Notes under the pieces: generated by a model
What the model was told of the DNA's origin: nothing
The model's input: the letters and a program-made list of their open reading frames with translations, nothing else
The model's database searches: none
Part shown: in pieces, positions 39,501-48,717 of the stretch
Layout: each line of letters starts with the position of its first letter
How positions within the stretch are numbered: position 1 is the first letter of the stretch
DNA from: Eledone cirrhosa
Lineage: Eukaryota
Reading direction: 5' to 3'
Assembly: GCA_964016885.1 (NCBI GenBank)
Contig: OZ024765.1
Span: forward strand, 5,642,001-5,706,000
DNA length: 64,000 nucleotides
Translations under genes and position numbers: made by a program

Positions 39501-41680
39501 TCAATAGATCTTCTGAAGGTTTTCCCTTTCCTGTCTTTTTCAGATGAAACAGAATTATCGGAATCATTCTTTTTCACCTATGAATCGAGAACATCGTAAG
39601 GTTGTGCATGAAATGGCAGAGCATTTTGGTTGCGCCACTGAGTCCTATGATAATGAACCTAATCGCAATGTTGTTGCAATAGCTCGCAAGTAAATAGCAA
39701 AAACTCTTTCTATTCCAATTCAGTTGAGATAAACTTATCATCATCATCGCTGTTTAAATTCCATTTTTCTAAACTGGCATGGGTTAGACAAGTTGTCCCA
39801 TTGTGAGACACAAGTCAGATTAGATGACCATATCTTGCTCGTACAGAACTGTTTATGGCTTGGTCTCTATGGCTGGAGGCTCTTTCTAATGCCAACCACG
39901 TTTACAGAGTGGACTAGGTGCTGGGGGGGTATTAGGGTGTGGAAGAAGTATGGTAGAGGTATATGGAAGGGACCAAGGATAAGGAAAAGTGGTGTATACT
40001 AGATGTATGCTTCAACCCATGCATAATGCTAGAGATCTCAATCCTGTGTCATCACACTTGAGAGGTGTAATTGTGCAAGGTCAGCTTTCATCATCCCCAA
40101 CATCATTTAACGTCCATTTTCCATGCTAGCATGGGTTGAAATGGCTGATCTTTTGGGAGAGAATCAGGTCAGAGGATCATGTTTCACTCACCTGGGCCTG
40201 ATTTTAACACCAACCACATTTACAGTGAGTACTGGGTGCTTTTTGCTGTGTCACCTACGCGACCACTTTACAGTGTGCACACATATATATAATTAAACTT
40301 TGTTTGTATAGATCAAATTAATGTTGAAGTGCAATAATTAAAACGTAATTCATACAAATGAACATTGGACTATGCTGTCAGCACATGTTGATGGCTATGT
40401 AATCGTACAGAAACAATTGTTAAAGATTGAACACTCAATAAATTTCCCCTTCTGACTACTTCTTCCTGTTTTTCCTGGTACCATACTAATATATATATCT
40501 TTGTTTGTTGATCAGAGATAAATGCTGGATGCCCTCTGTCACACTGACTGCTCTACTACAGAAGGAACGCAAAGTCCTTCTGCCAATTTCTTCTTACAAG
40601 CATGAAGAGAAGGACAAGTAAGTTTTACCTCCCTGTTTCTAAATTAATTTTTTTGTCTTTCTGGTGGAAGTTAAAACATACAGAGTTCGTTTGTTGGTCG
40701 TGGCTGCTGCTGGCCACTTATTTCCTGTCGCTCTATCATTTATTATTTATATTATTTGAACTCAGAAAATAAAGGGGTAGCCTTGAATTACATTCATTTA
40801 CGTTCTGAGTTCAAATCCCGCCGAGGTTAACTTTGCCTTTCATCCTTACGGGGGTCGATAAAATAAAGTACCAGTAATACACTGGGGTCGGTTTAATCGA
40901 CTTTCCCCTCCCCCCCAAATTGTTGACCTTGTCCCTAAATCAGAAAATTTTGTTATGATTAGGGCAGTGGATTGGCAGTAATTTGTAGAGCATTGGGCAA
41001 CATGCCTTGTGGTCATATAGATACAACCCTTTACATTCCGAGTGCAAATCCTGCCAAGCTTAGCTTTACCTTTCATCCTTCCAGGGTCAACAACATAAAG
41101 GACTAGTAATGCACTTCCCCACAGAAAAAAAAAATTGTTGGCTCTTGTGCCTAAACCAGAAAACATTCATCATCATCATCATCATACGTCCGCTTTTCCC
41201 TGCTTGCAAGGGTGGGACGGGAACTGATTCTGGCTTGATCTCTACAGCTGGATGCCCTTCCTAACACCAACCTCATTTACAGTGAGTGCTGGGTGCTTTT
41301 TTGCCGTGGCACCTCCACGACCACTTTGCAGTGGAATGATAGGGACCCCAGTCCCTATCATCTCATTTCTACAGCTGAGTAAACTGGAGCAATGTGAAAT
41401 AAAGTGTCTTGCTCAAGGAAACAACACATCACCCGGTCCGAGAATTGAACTCACAACCTTTCGATTGCACGGCCAATGCTCTAACCACTTAGCCATGTGC
41501 TTCCATTATTTATTTATTTGTTTATCTCTTTATTGTTGTTATATGTATATTTCCAGAAAGGGTCAAGACTCCAAGCAAGGTTGTGTGGTGCTCAGTAAAG
41601 GATCTTACCAGTCTGTTGTTGGAAACACCAAACCTCCAGAACCAAAACCTATTATTGACTATTTTGACATGGAAACCTGA
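2273..41680 (+). CDS. NFX1: NFX1-like gene (NF-X1 zinc finger, RING, R3H RNA-binding protein); 22 coding exons, ~1298 aa
   Basis: Exons joined manually at GT-AG sites keep one frame from ATG 2273 to TGA 41680. Domains seen: PAM2-like [13 protein letters not shown]4HC3 RING (CMVC..CEHC..HMPC..CPVC), repeated NF-X1 fingers (e.g. [18 protein letters not shown]), R3H (RKVVH) and C-terminal IDYFD. Confidence 0.93.
3820..4033. mobile_element. piggyBac-like MITE (TTAA-CCCTTTAG...CTAAAGGG-TTAA); second diverged copy ~4985-5207
   Basis: TTAA-flanked TIRs; internal sequence repeated at 5005-5205. Confidence 0.7.
4184..4901 (+). mobile_element. Non-autonomous Helitron/Helentron-like element
   Basis: 5' TCTATATATCTAAAA..GTCTGTCTGTC; 3' GCAACGCCGGG..CTAGT; sits between the arms of an inverted repeat. 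Confidence 0.65.
5473..5637 (+). CDS. NFX1: NFX1 exon, RING N-half ([18 protein letters not shown]...)
   Basis: tttttccAG acceptor, ACAG|gtacc donor. Confidence 0.92.
5812..7883 (+). repeat. 45-bp minisatellite (~46 copies) made of the 5' head of SINE-A
   Basis: Unit agggtggtggattggcagtatcggtagagggtcggacgccatgct; continues into a SINE body at 7884-8022. Confidence 0.95.
8143..8358 (+). mobile_element. tRNA-derived SINE-A
   Basis: A box TGGCAGTGTCGG, B box GAGTTCAAATCC, core gcctttcatccttacg..gtcgataaaataaag. Confidence 0.85.
8463..8540 (+). CDS. NFX1: NFX1 exon ([12 protein letters not shown]...YRCFC)
   Basis: ttttcAG / gtaag; conserved WRCPxCQ motif. Confidence 0.92.
8957..9252 (+). repeat. 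33-bp minisatellite (~9 copies) from the SINE-A core/tail
   Basis: Unit taataaaataaagtaccagtaaactactggcgt, followed by SINE tail gctggccttgtgcct. Confidence 0.9.
9334..9436 (+). CDS. NFX1: NFX1 exon ([21 protein letters not shown]...CPHPCT)
   Basis: tgcAG / gtaag, frame consistent. Confidence 0.9.
9468..9841. repeat. Compound (CT)/(TA)/(TG) microsatellite
   Basis: Seen directly. Confidence 0.9.
9841..10259 (-). mobile_element. RTE LINE 3' fragment (second subfamily, RTE-B)
   Basis: [17 protein letters not shown]; (GAT)n tail; (TA)n on both sides. Confidence 0.9.
10388..10578 (+). mobile_element. SINE-A full copy
   Basis: Same head, B box and core as 8143. Confidence 0.88.
11581..13483 (+). 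repeat. 48-bp minisatellite (~39 copies)
   Basis: Unit actaccacttyacagagtgtattgggtgtattgtatcaaagccccagt. Confidence 0.95.
13565..13636 (+). CDS. NFX1: NFX1 exon ([10 protein letters not shown]...CVCGKN)
   Basis: tttcAG / gtttg; CHPGPCP motif. Confidence 0.9.
   Translation: MLSSWALSCLSYKYLEEMCLRQK
14329..14468 (+). CDS. NFX1: NFX1 exon (RTMKCG...CHSDDCGDC)
   Basis: tttcAG / gtaag. Confidence 0.9.
15080..17119 (+). repeat. 106-bp tandem repeat (~19 copies), preceded by diverged monomers from ~14730
   Basis: Period 106 (atgagatgcagc at 15107 and 15213). Confidence 0.95.
17329..17422 (+). CDS. NFX1: NFX1 exon (ECFCKK...YCCEEQCK)
   Basis: attAG / gtaag, phase matches neighbours. Confidence 0.88.
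17470..18125. mobile_element. Degenerate RTE (Expander/Rex3-like) fragment with an inverted segment, interrupted by a SINE-A piece (17620-17736, minus)
   Basis: QVEKFKYLG and [13 protein letters not shown] on plus; [18 protein letters not shown] on minus. Confidence 0.6.
18208..18416 (+). CDS. NFX1: NFX1 exon ([14 protein letters not shown]...PLSCGPN)
   Basis: tttcAG / gtcag; NF-X1 finger. Confidence 0.92.
19316..19351 (-). ncRNA. Minimal type-I hammerhead ribozyme motif
   Basis: Minus strand TCTT-CTGATGA-A-GGAC-tagc-GTCC-GAAA-CATT-AAGA. Confidence 0.6.
20370..20501 (+). CDS. NFX1: NFX1 exon ([18 protein letters not shown]...)
   Basis: tttcAG / gtatg. Confidence 0.92.
20508..21110. repeat. 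(CT)n-rich microsatellite directly after a donor
   Basis: Seen directly. Confidence 0.9.
21120..21780. repeat. CA-rich repeat with ~94-bp higher-order unit
   Basis: gcaccacacc recurs at 21301 and 21395. Confidence 0.85.
21799..21881 (+). CDS. NFX1: NFX1 exon ([28 protein letters not shown])
   Basis: tacAG / gtgag. Confidence 0.92.
21862..22800 (+). repeat. 37-bp minisatellite (~25 copies) spanning the exon/intron junction
   Basis: Unit gtacacagcagtgttgtgtg|gtgagttagagtgagag; first copy overlaps the exon end. Confidence 0.95.
23263..23371 (+). CDS. NFX1: NFX1 exon ([10 protein letters not shown]...CHRGNCAPC)
   Basis: gtccAG / gtaag. Confidence 0.92.
23560..23825. repeat. 24-27-bp tandem repeat (cacagttacactgtaacatcacaacac)
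   Basis: Seen directly. Confidence 0.85.
23905..24024 (+). CDS. NFX1: NFX1 exon ([10 protein letters not shown]...[12 protein letters not shown])
   Basis: tgcAG / gtgag; conserved PPVPCGT motif. Confidence 0.92.
24127..24618 (-). mobile_element. Helitron/Helentron-like non-autonomous element
   Basis: Reverse-complement termini like 4184-4901 (TCTATATATA..GTCTGTCTGT; GCAACGCCGGG..CTAAT). Confidence 0.6.
24620..25750 (-). mobile_element. Degenerate RTE LINE fragment
   Basis: [19 protein letters not shown] and HGSETWA in broken frames. Confidence 0.85.
25849..25919 (+). ncRNA. Minimal type-I hammerhead ribozyme (intact core), sense in NFX1 intron
   Basis: TATTTTAT-CTGATGA-[stem II GAACGCAGATATCATC/ccat/GATGATATTTGTTTTT]-GAAA-TGCGCA-TA-ATAAAATA. 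Confidence 0.72.
26469..26652 (+). mobile_element. SINE-A
   Basis: A/B boxes and core. Confidence 0.85.
26778..26857 (+). CDS. NFX1: NFX1 exon ([14 protein letters not shown]...CKGQHE)
   Basis: ttcAG / gtaag. Confidence 0.92.
27140..27532 (+). mobile_element. RTE-B LINE 3' fragment
   Basis: ORF 27140..27511 ERRLRWYG; (GAT)n tail; (TA)n flanks. Confidence 0.9.
27844..27948 (+). CDS. NFX1: NFX1 exon (ERHNIPCH...CKKVCHK)
   Basis: tttcAG / gtagg. Confidence 0.92.
28096..28435 (+). mobile_element. tRNA-derived SINE-B with RTE-derived tail
   Basis: A box TGGCTTAGTGG, B box GAGTTCAATTC, cttgagcaagacactt core, RTE 3'UTR, (GAT)n. Confidence 0.88.
29337..29372 (-). ncRNA. Minimal hammerhead motif (third copy of the 19316 family)
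   Basis: Minus strand TCTT-CTGATGA-AGGAC-tagc-GTCT-GAAA-CATT-AAGA. Confidence 0.55.
29733..29861 (+). CDS. NFX1: NFX1 exon (DRCQG...[16 protein letters not shown])
   Basis: caccAG / gttgg. Confidence 0.9.
29960..30148 (+). mobile_element. SINE-A full copy
   Basis: Full head to tail; flanking tatatgttgtagacat direct repeat is a probable TSD. Confidence 0.88.
30490..31442 (-). mobile_element. SINE-B-related element with its core amplified as a 45-bp array (30612-31368, ~17 copies)
   Basis: tRNA head at 31380-31442 (minus); tail matches the 50440-50682 copy; unit gtgaaacaaagtgtcttgctccaggacacagtggactggagcaac. Confidence 0.85.
31511..31596 (+). CDS. NFX1: NFX1 exon ([16 protein letters not shown]...)
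   Basis: ttgcAG / gtaag. Confidence 0.9.
31636..32416. repeat. (ACT)n-cctctactgttgcc compound minisatellite
   Basis: Seen directly. Confidence 0.92.
32583..32669 (+). CDS. NFX1: NFX1 exon ([20 protein letters not shown]...)
   Basis: ctgcAG / gtaag, phase 2-2. Confidence 0.82.
33271..33405 (+). CDS. NFX1: NFX1 exon ([22 protein letters not shown]...YSQFLK)
   Basis: ttccAG / gtaca; conserved ERNRRLA motif. Confidence 0.92.
33572..33637 (+). ncRNA. Minimal hammerhead motif, same family as 25849
   Basis: TTTTAT-CTGATGA-[GGACGTAC..TTGAA/TTCAA GTACCTCT]-GAAA-TATGTA-TA-ATAAAA. Confidence 0.62.
34709..38370 (-). mobile_element. Near full-length RTE-clade LINE (APE + RT + PHD-like finger), single frameshift near 37590
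   Basis: ORF 38130-37537 APE ([20 protein letters not shown]); ORF 37516-35021 RT ([18 protein letters not shown]); 3'UTR with (GAT)n tail. Confidence 0.95.
38628..38694 (+). CDS. NFX1: NFX1 exon ([22 protein letters not shown])
   Basis: tttAG / gtatg; R3H N-terminal helix. Confidence 0.88.
38689..39410 (+). repeat. 31-bp minisatellite (~23 copies) beginning at an exon donor
   Basis: Unit taactacactgtactaaacagctaggtacca. Confidence 0.93.
39544..39689 (+). CDS. NFX1: NFX1 exon, R3H domain ([20 protein letters not shown]...[11 protein letters not shown])
   Basis: tttcAG / gtaaa; RxxxH signature. Confidence 0.93.
40516..40617 (+). CDS. NFX1: NFX1 exon ([17 protein letters not shown]...)
   Basis: atcAG / gtaag. 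Confidence 0.87.
41168..41504 (-). mobile_element. SINE-B copy
   Basis: Near-identical reverse complement of 28096-28435. Confidence 0.88.
41557..41680 (+). CDS. NFX1: NFX1 last coding exon (...[10 protein letters not shown])
   Basis: ttccAG acceptor; IDYFD terminus typical of NFX1. Confidence 0.88.
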
Positions 41681-41782
41681 TGCCGTGTGGGTCTCGCACA
41701 TATCCACCACCATCTGTCACTTTCTTGATTCTCTCTCTCTCCCTCTTCCCCTCTCTCTCTCTCTACATATATATATATATAT

Positions 41783-41898
41783 ATAGGAAAATGTATGACC
41801 CCGACGGCAGAGCTCAAGCCGTTTCGACGGCTATTTCTGGACAGAAATAGCCGTCGAAATGGCTTGAGCTCTGCCATCGAGGTCATACATTTTCCTAT
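41783..41898. repeat. Long near-perfect palindrome ~100 nt after the NFX1 stop
   Basis: ~56-bp arms, 2-4 nt loop. Confidence 0.9.
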
Positions 41899-42299
41899 TA
41901 CCCACTCTACTACCCTAAGTATTGAGTACTCTGGTGCGTTATGGTCCATCTGGTTCCTTACCACACCTCCTTCATTATATTTATATGTATATATATAAAT
42001 AAAAAGACTCCCTTTGGTCAGGAAAGTTCCCCTCCAAAGCACAAGTCTGGACAAGGTTGTTTGTGGAAGACCAACAGTCACCCATGTATACCAATCTCCC
42101 CTCTCCATGCCACCGATGATGTCCAAGGTCAAGGTAATGACCAATACAGCTTGGCCTGTGATGTCACAACTCATTTCTACAGCTATATATTATAAAGAGT
42201 AGGGGCTCGGTGGCTGAGCTCCTGCCCTTTCAACAACTTGTTCCAGACTGTTGAGTAATTGTCTAATTAGTTTAAAACTGATTCTATCCCGATATATAT

Positions 42300-42384
<85 letters not shown>

Positions 42385-42663
42385 ATAAGTTGATGGGACT
42401 AGCATATGTTTCACTGCTAGTACCAGTTGCATCTCAGTGTACTCAATAGGTAAGGTTATGTAAAAATCCCAGAGTAGACCCAAAGTTATTTGCTTCAATA
42501 CAACACATGTAAATGGGTGCCATAAATCTATACCCGTACTCGAGTTTCAGCCACACTTAATGCAGCAAGAGAGTGCACAGCAACAACTGTCTGCATTTAT
42601 TATGCAGCAATGCATAATCAGCGCATGTGGCTTCATCAGCGGGTATCACCTAATCATCAATAA

Positions 42664-42705
<42 letters not shown>

Positions 42706-42732
42706 CATATGTATACATTTTCATTCATTTCA

Positions 42733-43060
42733 TTTCATTTTACGTCCGCTTTTCCCTGCTTGCAAGGGTGGGACGGGAACTGATTCTGGCTTGATTTCTA
42801 CAGCTGGATGCCCTTCCTAACACCAACCTCATTTACAGTGAGTGCTGGGTGCTTTTTTGCCGTGGCACCTCCACAACCACTTTGCAGTGGGATGATAGGG
42901 ACCCCAGTCCCTATCATCTCATTTCTACAGCTGAGGAAACTGGAGCAATGTGAAATAAAGTGTCTTGCTCAAGGAAACAACACATCACCCGGTCTGAGAA
43001 TTGAACTCACAACCTTTTGATTGCAAGTCCAATGCTCTAACCACTTAGCCATATGCCTCC
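42733..43060 (-). mobile_element. SINE-B copy
   Basis: As above. Confidence 0.88.
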
Positions 43061-43565
43061 ACTCATACGTACATATATATATATATATATTATTTAATTC
43101 AGTACTACAATGACAGCGAAGGCAACATAGGAAAATGTTAAGTTCACTCAATGAAACGCCAGTCCTAGTGTTTCTCCGTGTTGTGTCTTCATTGTAATAT
43201 TTTATTCAATAATATATTAAAACTCATCCCATGGACTGAGTCCTCTACACCTTGGATGTCTTTACCAAATTTATTACTACTCTCTCTCTCTATATATATA
43301 TATGTGTGTGTGTGTCTATCTCCATCTCTTTCTTTGTATGTGTCTCTCTCCCTAATTAACGAAGCGTTGGTCTGATGACCCTGTTCCTTTTCTTATACAC
43401 ATGGCTTCTTCTAATCTTTACAACAACATCGCTCTTTGCTTGTACTCTGTTAAATACAATAACAACTACTATTATACACGAAGGGATAATGATGATTGTT
43501 TCTTTTCTAATGATAATAAATGTTTACAGAATAATTAGTTGTTTCTTATCTATATTGTTCAATCC

Positions 43566-43890
43566 AATCCAGGTCCTTCTCCTGTTGGAGGAACCCCTTC
43601 CCTGGTTGACCTCCACTATCCAGGTCCTTCTCACTCCTGTTGGAGGAACCCCTCCCTGGTTGACCTCCACAATCCAGGTCCTTCTCCTGTTGGAGGAACC
43701 CCCTCCCTGGTTGACCTCCACAATCCAGGTCCTTCTCCTGTTGGAGGAACCCCTTCCCTGGTTGACCTCCACTATCCAGGTCCTTCTCACTCCTGTTGGA
43801 GGAACCCCCTCCCTGGTTGACCTCCACTATCCAGGTCCTTCCCACTCCTGTTGGAGGAACCCCCTCCCTGGTTGACCTCCACAAGCCAGG
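43566..43890. repeat. ~51-56-bp tandem repeat (~6 copies)
   Basis: Unit atccaggtccttctcctgttggaggaacccctccctggttgacctccac. Confidence 0.85.
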
Positions 43891-44274
43891 TGCGAGTGTG
43901 TCTTCTCTGTTGGTTGTGAGGTTTCTTCTTGTATTCTTTTTTTTTTTTTTAGATTTTTGTTGTTCCTCCGCATCTTTGCTCAGTGATGAAGAGGTTGCTG
44001 TATTTGTGTCAGATGTGAGTGGGTGGGTGTGTGTTCAAGAGAGGGGGGTGGGTGGGGTAGAAGAGCTTCTTTAGGGTGGTCTTGGTGGTCTTTGCAGTTG
44101 TTGGTTTTGCTGGTGCTGCCTGTGCAGATTTTGGTGTTGGTGCTGCTGTTATTGCCTGTTGCAGCTGTTGAGGGCCAAGAGCTGTCCTGTTTTGGAGATG
44201 GATCTGCTCTGGGATTTTCCTTAGTTCTTCAGGTTTGATCTGGAGAAGAGGATTCTTTGAAATGGGTATACCCA

Positions 44275-44930
44275 TTTCAAAGAATCCCCTGCACTGAGAG
44301 GAAATGCATAGTCTGCAAGCTAAGCCCGCAAACTAACTGCAAAACTAGGAACGTAGCATATCGCATAAGATGTACTGAGGGACAGTGTAGGAATAATAAC
44401 ATAACATACATAGGTGAAACAGCCTGTAGCATAGGAGAAAGGATAAGTAAACACTGGCGAGAACTCCAGGATGGGAAAACTCATCAGTACTCCACCTACA
44501 TGCCAAAATAGAACATAGGGGCACATTAGAGAACATAGAGATAAAAATTATACACACACACAGAAAAGATGCAATGCTCAGATAAATCACAGAGGCAACA
44601 AATATAAACAAACTCCAACCCAAATTAAACAGAAAACATGAGTGGAATAGCAACATCACAACTAGTAATTAAGGACAAGATGAAGACATACAGACACGCA
44701 CAAAAACCAAACTAACAAAACAAATCGGACACACAGATAGAACAAACAACCAACTAGTGACAAGTAAATAAACACATAAATAAATAAATAAAAACACACA
44801 CCTGGATATAACGCATGTGCAAACTAAGCACACAACAAGATGGTGTAGGACAGAATGAAGGAGAGACAAAATAAAACCCAGTCACTGACGAGGTCACAGA
44901 ATATGTGACAAAAGAGCTTTAACAATATAT
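44275..44930 (+). mobile_element. Penelope-like element fragment (GIY-YIG endonuclease C-terminus plus 3' region)
   Basis: CTERKCIVC..CKTRNVAYRIRC..C..YIGET..IGERISKH; broken frame downstream (EATNINKLQPKLN). Confidence 0.8.
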
Positions 44931-45124
44931 AAACAACCATCGTGTTATCGAACCAACCAACTAACTAACCGGAAATTTATAATAAATTGAAGTGAAAACC
45001 AACAGGTGTGTGTGTTTTTATTGGCAACATGACCCTCCCAAAGTATAACAATATCTGTTTCAACACACGTTTTCAGATAAGAAATCTTGCAAAACAAATT
45101 AAAAATTGGAGTATATATATATAG

Positions 45125-46568
45125 TCAAAGAGGGAATTAATGAAATGAAAAGTGGTAAGAAAGCTGTACCATCAGGGATAGTTGCTGAGATTATATAGGC
45201 ATCAGGAGAAGGAACTAAACTGGTTGCACGCATTGTCAATCAAGCTATATATGGCAGAGTCATACCCAAAGACTGGTGCAGCAGTATTCTTATAACATGC
45301 TACAAAGGTAAAGGAGATGCTCTGGAGAGGAGCAATTATAGGTGCATAAAACTGAGGGATCAGGTTATTAAAGTGGCAGAAAGAATGCTAGCACAACTAA
45401 TTAGAGAAAGAGTCAAATTAGATGAGATGCAGTTTGGTTTTGTGCCTGGGAAAAGTACAACAGATGCCCTCTTCTTAGTGAGACAACTACAAGAGAGGTT
45501 TTTAGAGAAGACTAAGCCACTATATTTAGCTTTTGTTGACTTAGAGAAGGCCTTTGATAGGGTTCAGTCCTCAGCCCACTCTTGTTCATTATAGTCCTCC
45601 AAGCCATAACAGAATAGTTTAAGACTGGCTGCCCATGGGAACTTCTCTATGATGACGATCTGGTACTTATAGCAGAATCAGAAGAGGAGCTAGAGAATAA
45701 ATTCTGGCTATGGAAACAGCAGTTGGAAACAAGAGACTGAAGGTGAACCTAGCAAAGATGTTGATAAGTAGCAAAGAGGACAACACTCTGATTCCATCAG
45801 GGTAATGGCCATGTTCGATATGTAGAAAAGGAGTTGGCATAAATTCTATAGAATGTACACAATGCAGATATGGGGTACACAAGAGGTGTAGTGGGATAGC
45901 TGGAAAACTAACAGGAAAGGAAAACTATATGTAGTAGATGTTCAAGGAAAATTGAAGGGTAGAAGGGTCAGTGATAGGCACATTTTTCAAACACAGGTAA
46001 GATCTGTAGAAGTGGTTGATAGCTTCTGATATCTAGGTAATCAAATTAGCATGTGAGGAGGATGCTCCAAGGCCATAGTATCTAGAATAAGGACAGGGAG
46101 CTGCTTCCTCTGTTGACAACGAAGGGATTCTCTCTACGAACGAAAGGTCACTTGTATGATGCATGGTAGTGAAACATGGGCAGCAACTGCAGAGGATATA
46201 TGTAGGCTGGTGAGAAACGAAGCAAGCATGCTCCGATGGATGTGCAATATCAATGTGAGTTGAGAGTGAAACTATGTATAAGATGGATAAACTGTAGTGT
46301 GTGGGAGAGAAGACTGCGATGGTATGGATATGTGATGCGCCTGGAGGATGACCGCTGGGTAAAGAAGTGCCTAGAAATCCCAGTAGATGGAAGACGTAGT
46401 TGAGAAAGACCACGAAAAACATGGGCAGAGGTGGTGAGAGCAAACCCCAGATCCCTGAAGCTCACACAGGAGATGACGAAGGACCGTGACAAGTGGAGAG
46501 ATGCTGTGTTGAATAGGACCCGTCCCAACCTTGCAAGCAGGTAAAAGCGGACATAAAATGTTGATGAT
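45125..46568 (+). mobile_element. Degenerate RTE-B LINE fragment
   Basis: [25 protein letters not shown]; (GAT) tail at ~46560. Confidence 0.88.
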
Positions 46569-47898
46569 AATATATATATTAATATATATATACCATTTAA
46601 GTTAGTTTGATTACCAATGGATAGATCTGGTGGTTCTGGTTGGTAAATACTGATGTAACAAAGCACTCAACGTTATGCAAATCCTCCACCGTAGATGTGG
46701 TATCCAGTAGTTGGTGCAGGAACGGAGTAAAGTATTTATTAAACAACAGGTTGAACTGGAAAATTTGCTTTAAGTATATACAGTGTACCCCCGAAATTCG
46801 CGGTCCCAGTTATTCACAGAATTTTCCTTAGAACCTAAGTAATAATTGTTTGTGGAAACCACCACATATTCATGGAACCATAAATATCTTCCACAATTTT
46901 TTTAATGTTTTCTTTTTCAGAACAATATACCATATTTGCCTGCCTCTTGGACACCCCTTCACATAAGAAGGCTCCCTCTGTTTTTTTTTTATATTTTACA
47001 TTAAATTTTGACATTAATAATGTATATGATAGGAGGCGAATTGTCAAAGTCCCGTTCCCGTTTTGGAGTGAATTGATATAACTGAAGGTGTTTCTGAATG
47101 TATTAAATTATGTTAAGAACTTTTAACGTATGACACCGGTATCAGTCAGAGTGTGATTTGGATGTTATTTCCACCAGGTCAAGTAACGAGGTAAGAGACT
47201 CCCTCGTTGATACTTAATAGCTATCTTACTAGGTGGCGTTGTTTGCTTTACCATACAATTGATGGAATGAATTGATAGAACTGAATGTATTAAATTATGT
47301 CAGGGACATTTAACATTTGACACCGGTTTTATTCAAGGGAAGGAAACATTGTCAACGACACCAAGTACCTGCTCTTTCATTTATAACTTTAATTAATCTA
47401 ATTATATCTTGTGTAGTAATTATTTCATGTTAATATTCTGTAGATAACATAGGATGAGCTACATGTTTCAAGGTAGGTGTTCCATCACCTACATGATTAA
47501 ATATTTCATTTCATGAGAAACTACGCTACATCGTGAATTGGTTGTTCCACATGTTACAGGACAGTGAGAAATAGGTTTAAATCACCAACATCTGAACAAT
47601 TAGCTTTCCTGGTCTTTCTTAACTTTACATTTGAACTTGAAATATAAAGTACGTATTATTTGTATTGTCAACACAACAGATATTGTGTACTTTTCTACAC
47701 TCTGTTGTGAACAATCCGGATTTATTAGGACAATCACTCATAGTCACATATATATATCCACCCACAAACACACCCAAATATATATACATACATACATACA
47801 TACATTCACACATACATACACACCCATTTTCTTACCCCAACACCAGTTGTACACAGTCATATCCATTCTGAGCTTTTAAGAATTCTTCAAGAATTACT

Positions 47899-48717
47899 AT
47901 GGAGGACGTTAAACACTTGCACATTTCTACCACAGCTGTTTCTACCAATATAGATACAGCTACACAGACATACAGTGTTGAGAAACCGTTACCTAGTGAA
48001 ACATGTACTGAACAAGGATCATTACACAGACATATTCCTGAATATAGCTGTGAGATTTGTAGGAAAACTTTCTCATCAGAAGATGAATTATCCACACACA
48101 AACACATACACACGAAAGATAAACGCTTCTACTGTGAAATATGTGGGAAATCCTTTCATAGAAATTCTCAAATTGTGATCCACATACGTAGTCACACTGG
48201 AGAGAAACCCTTCCACTGTGAAATATGTGAGAAATCTTTTGCACGTAGCAGTGACTTGTCTAAACACAAAAGAACACACGGTGGAGAGAAACCCTTCCAT
48301 TGTGAAATATGTGGGAAATCATTCACTCTGAATTTTAATCTTGTTAAACATATACGTAGTCACACTGGAGAGAAACCCTTCCATTGTGAAATATGCGGTC
48401 AATATTTTGCAAGTGGCAGTAATTTGACTCAACACAAAAGAACACATACTGGAGAGAAACCCTTCTATTGTGAAATATGTGGGAAATCTTTCACTCTGAA
48501 TTTCAATCTTGTTCGACATATACGTACACACACTGGTGAAAAACCTTTCCACTGTGAAATATGTGGGAAATCTTTCACTGTGAAAAGTATTCTTATTCGG
48601 CATATACGTAGTCACACTGGAGAAAAGCCCTTCCGTTGTGAAATATGTGGGAAATGTTTTGTCTGTAATAGTAATTTAAATAGACACAAACACACACATA
48701 CTGGAGGGAAATGTTAA
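47899..48717 (+). CDS. C2H2 zinc-finger protein, 8 fingers, uninterrupted ORF
   Basis: Repeated CEICGKSF...H...HTGEKP. Confidence 0.88.
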   Translation: MEDVKHLHISTTAVSTNIDTATQTYSVEKPLPSETCTEQGSLHRHIPEYSCEICRKTFSSEDELSTHKHIHTKDKRFYCEICGKSFHRNSQIVIHIRSHTGEKPFHCEICEKSFARSSDLSKHKRTHGGEKPFHCEICGKSFTLNFNLVKHIRSHTGEKPFHCEICGQYFASGSNLTQHKRTHTGEKPFYCEICGKSFTLNFNLVRHIRTHTGEKPFHCEICGKSFTVKSILIRHIRSHTGEKPFRCEICGKCFVCNSNLNRHKHTHTGGKC

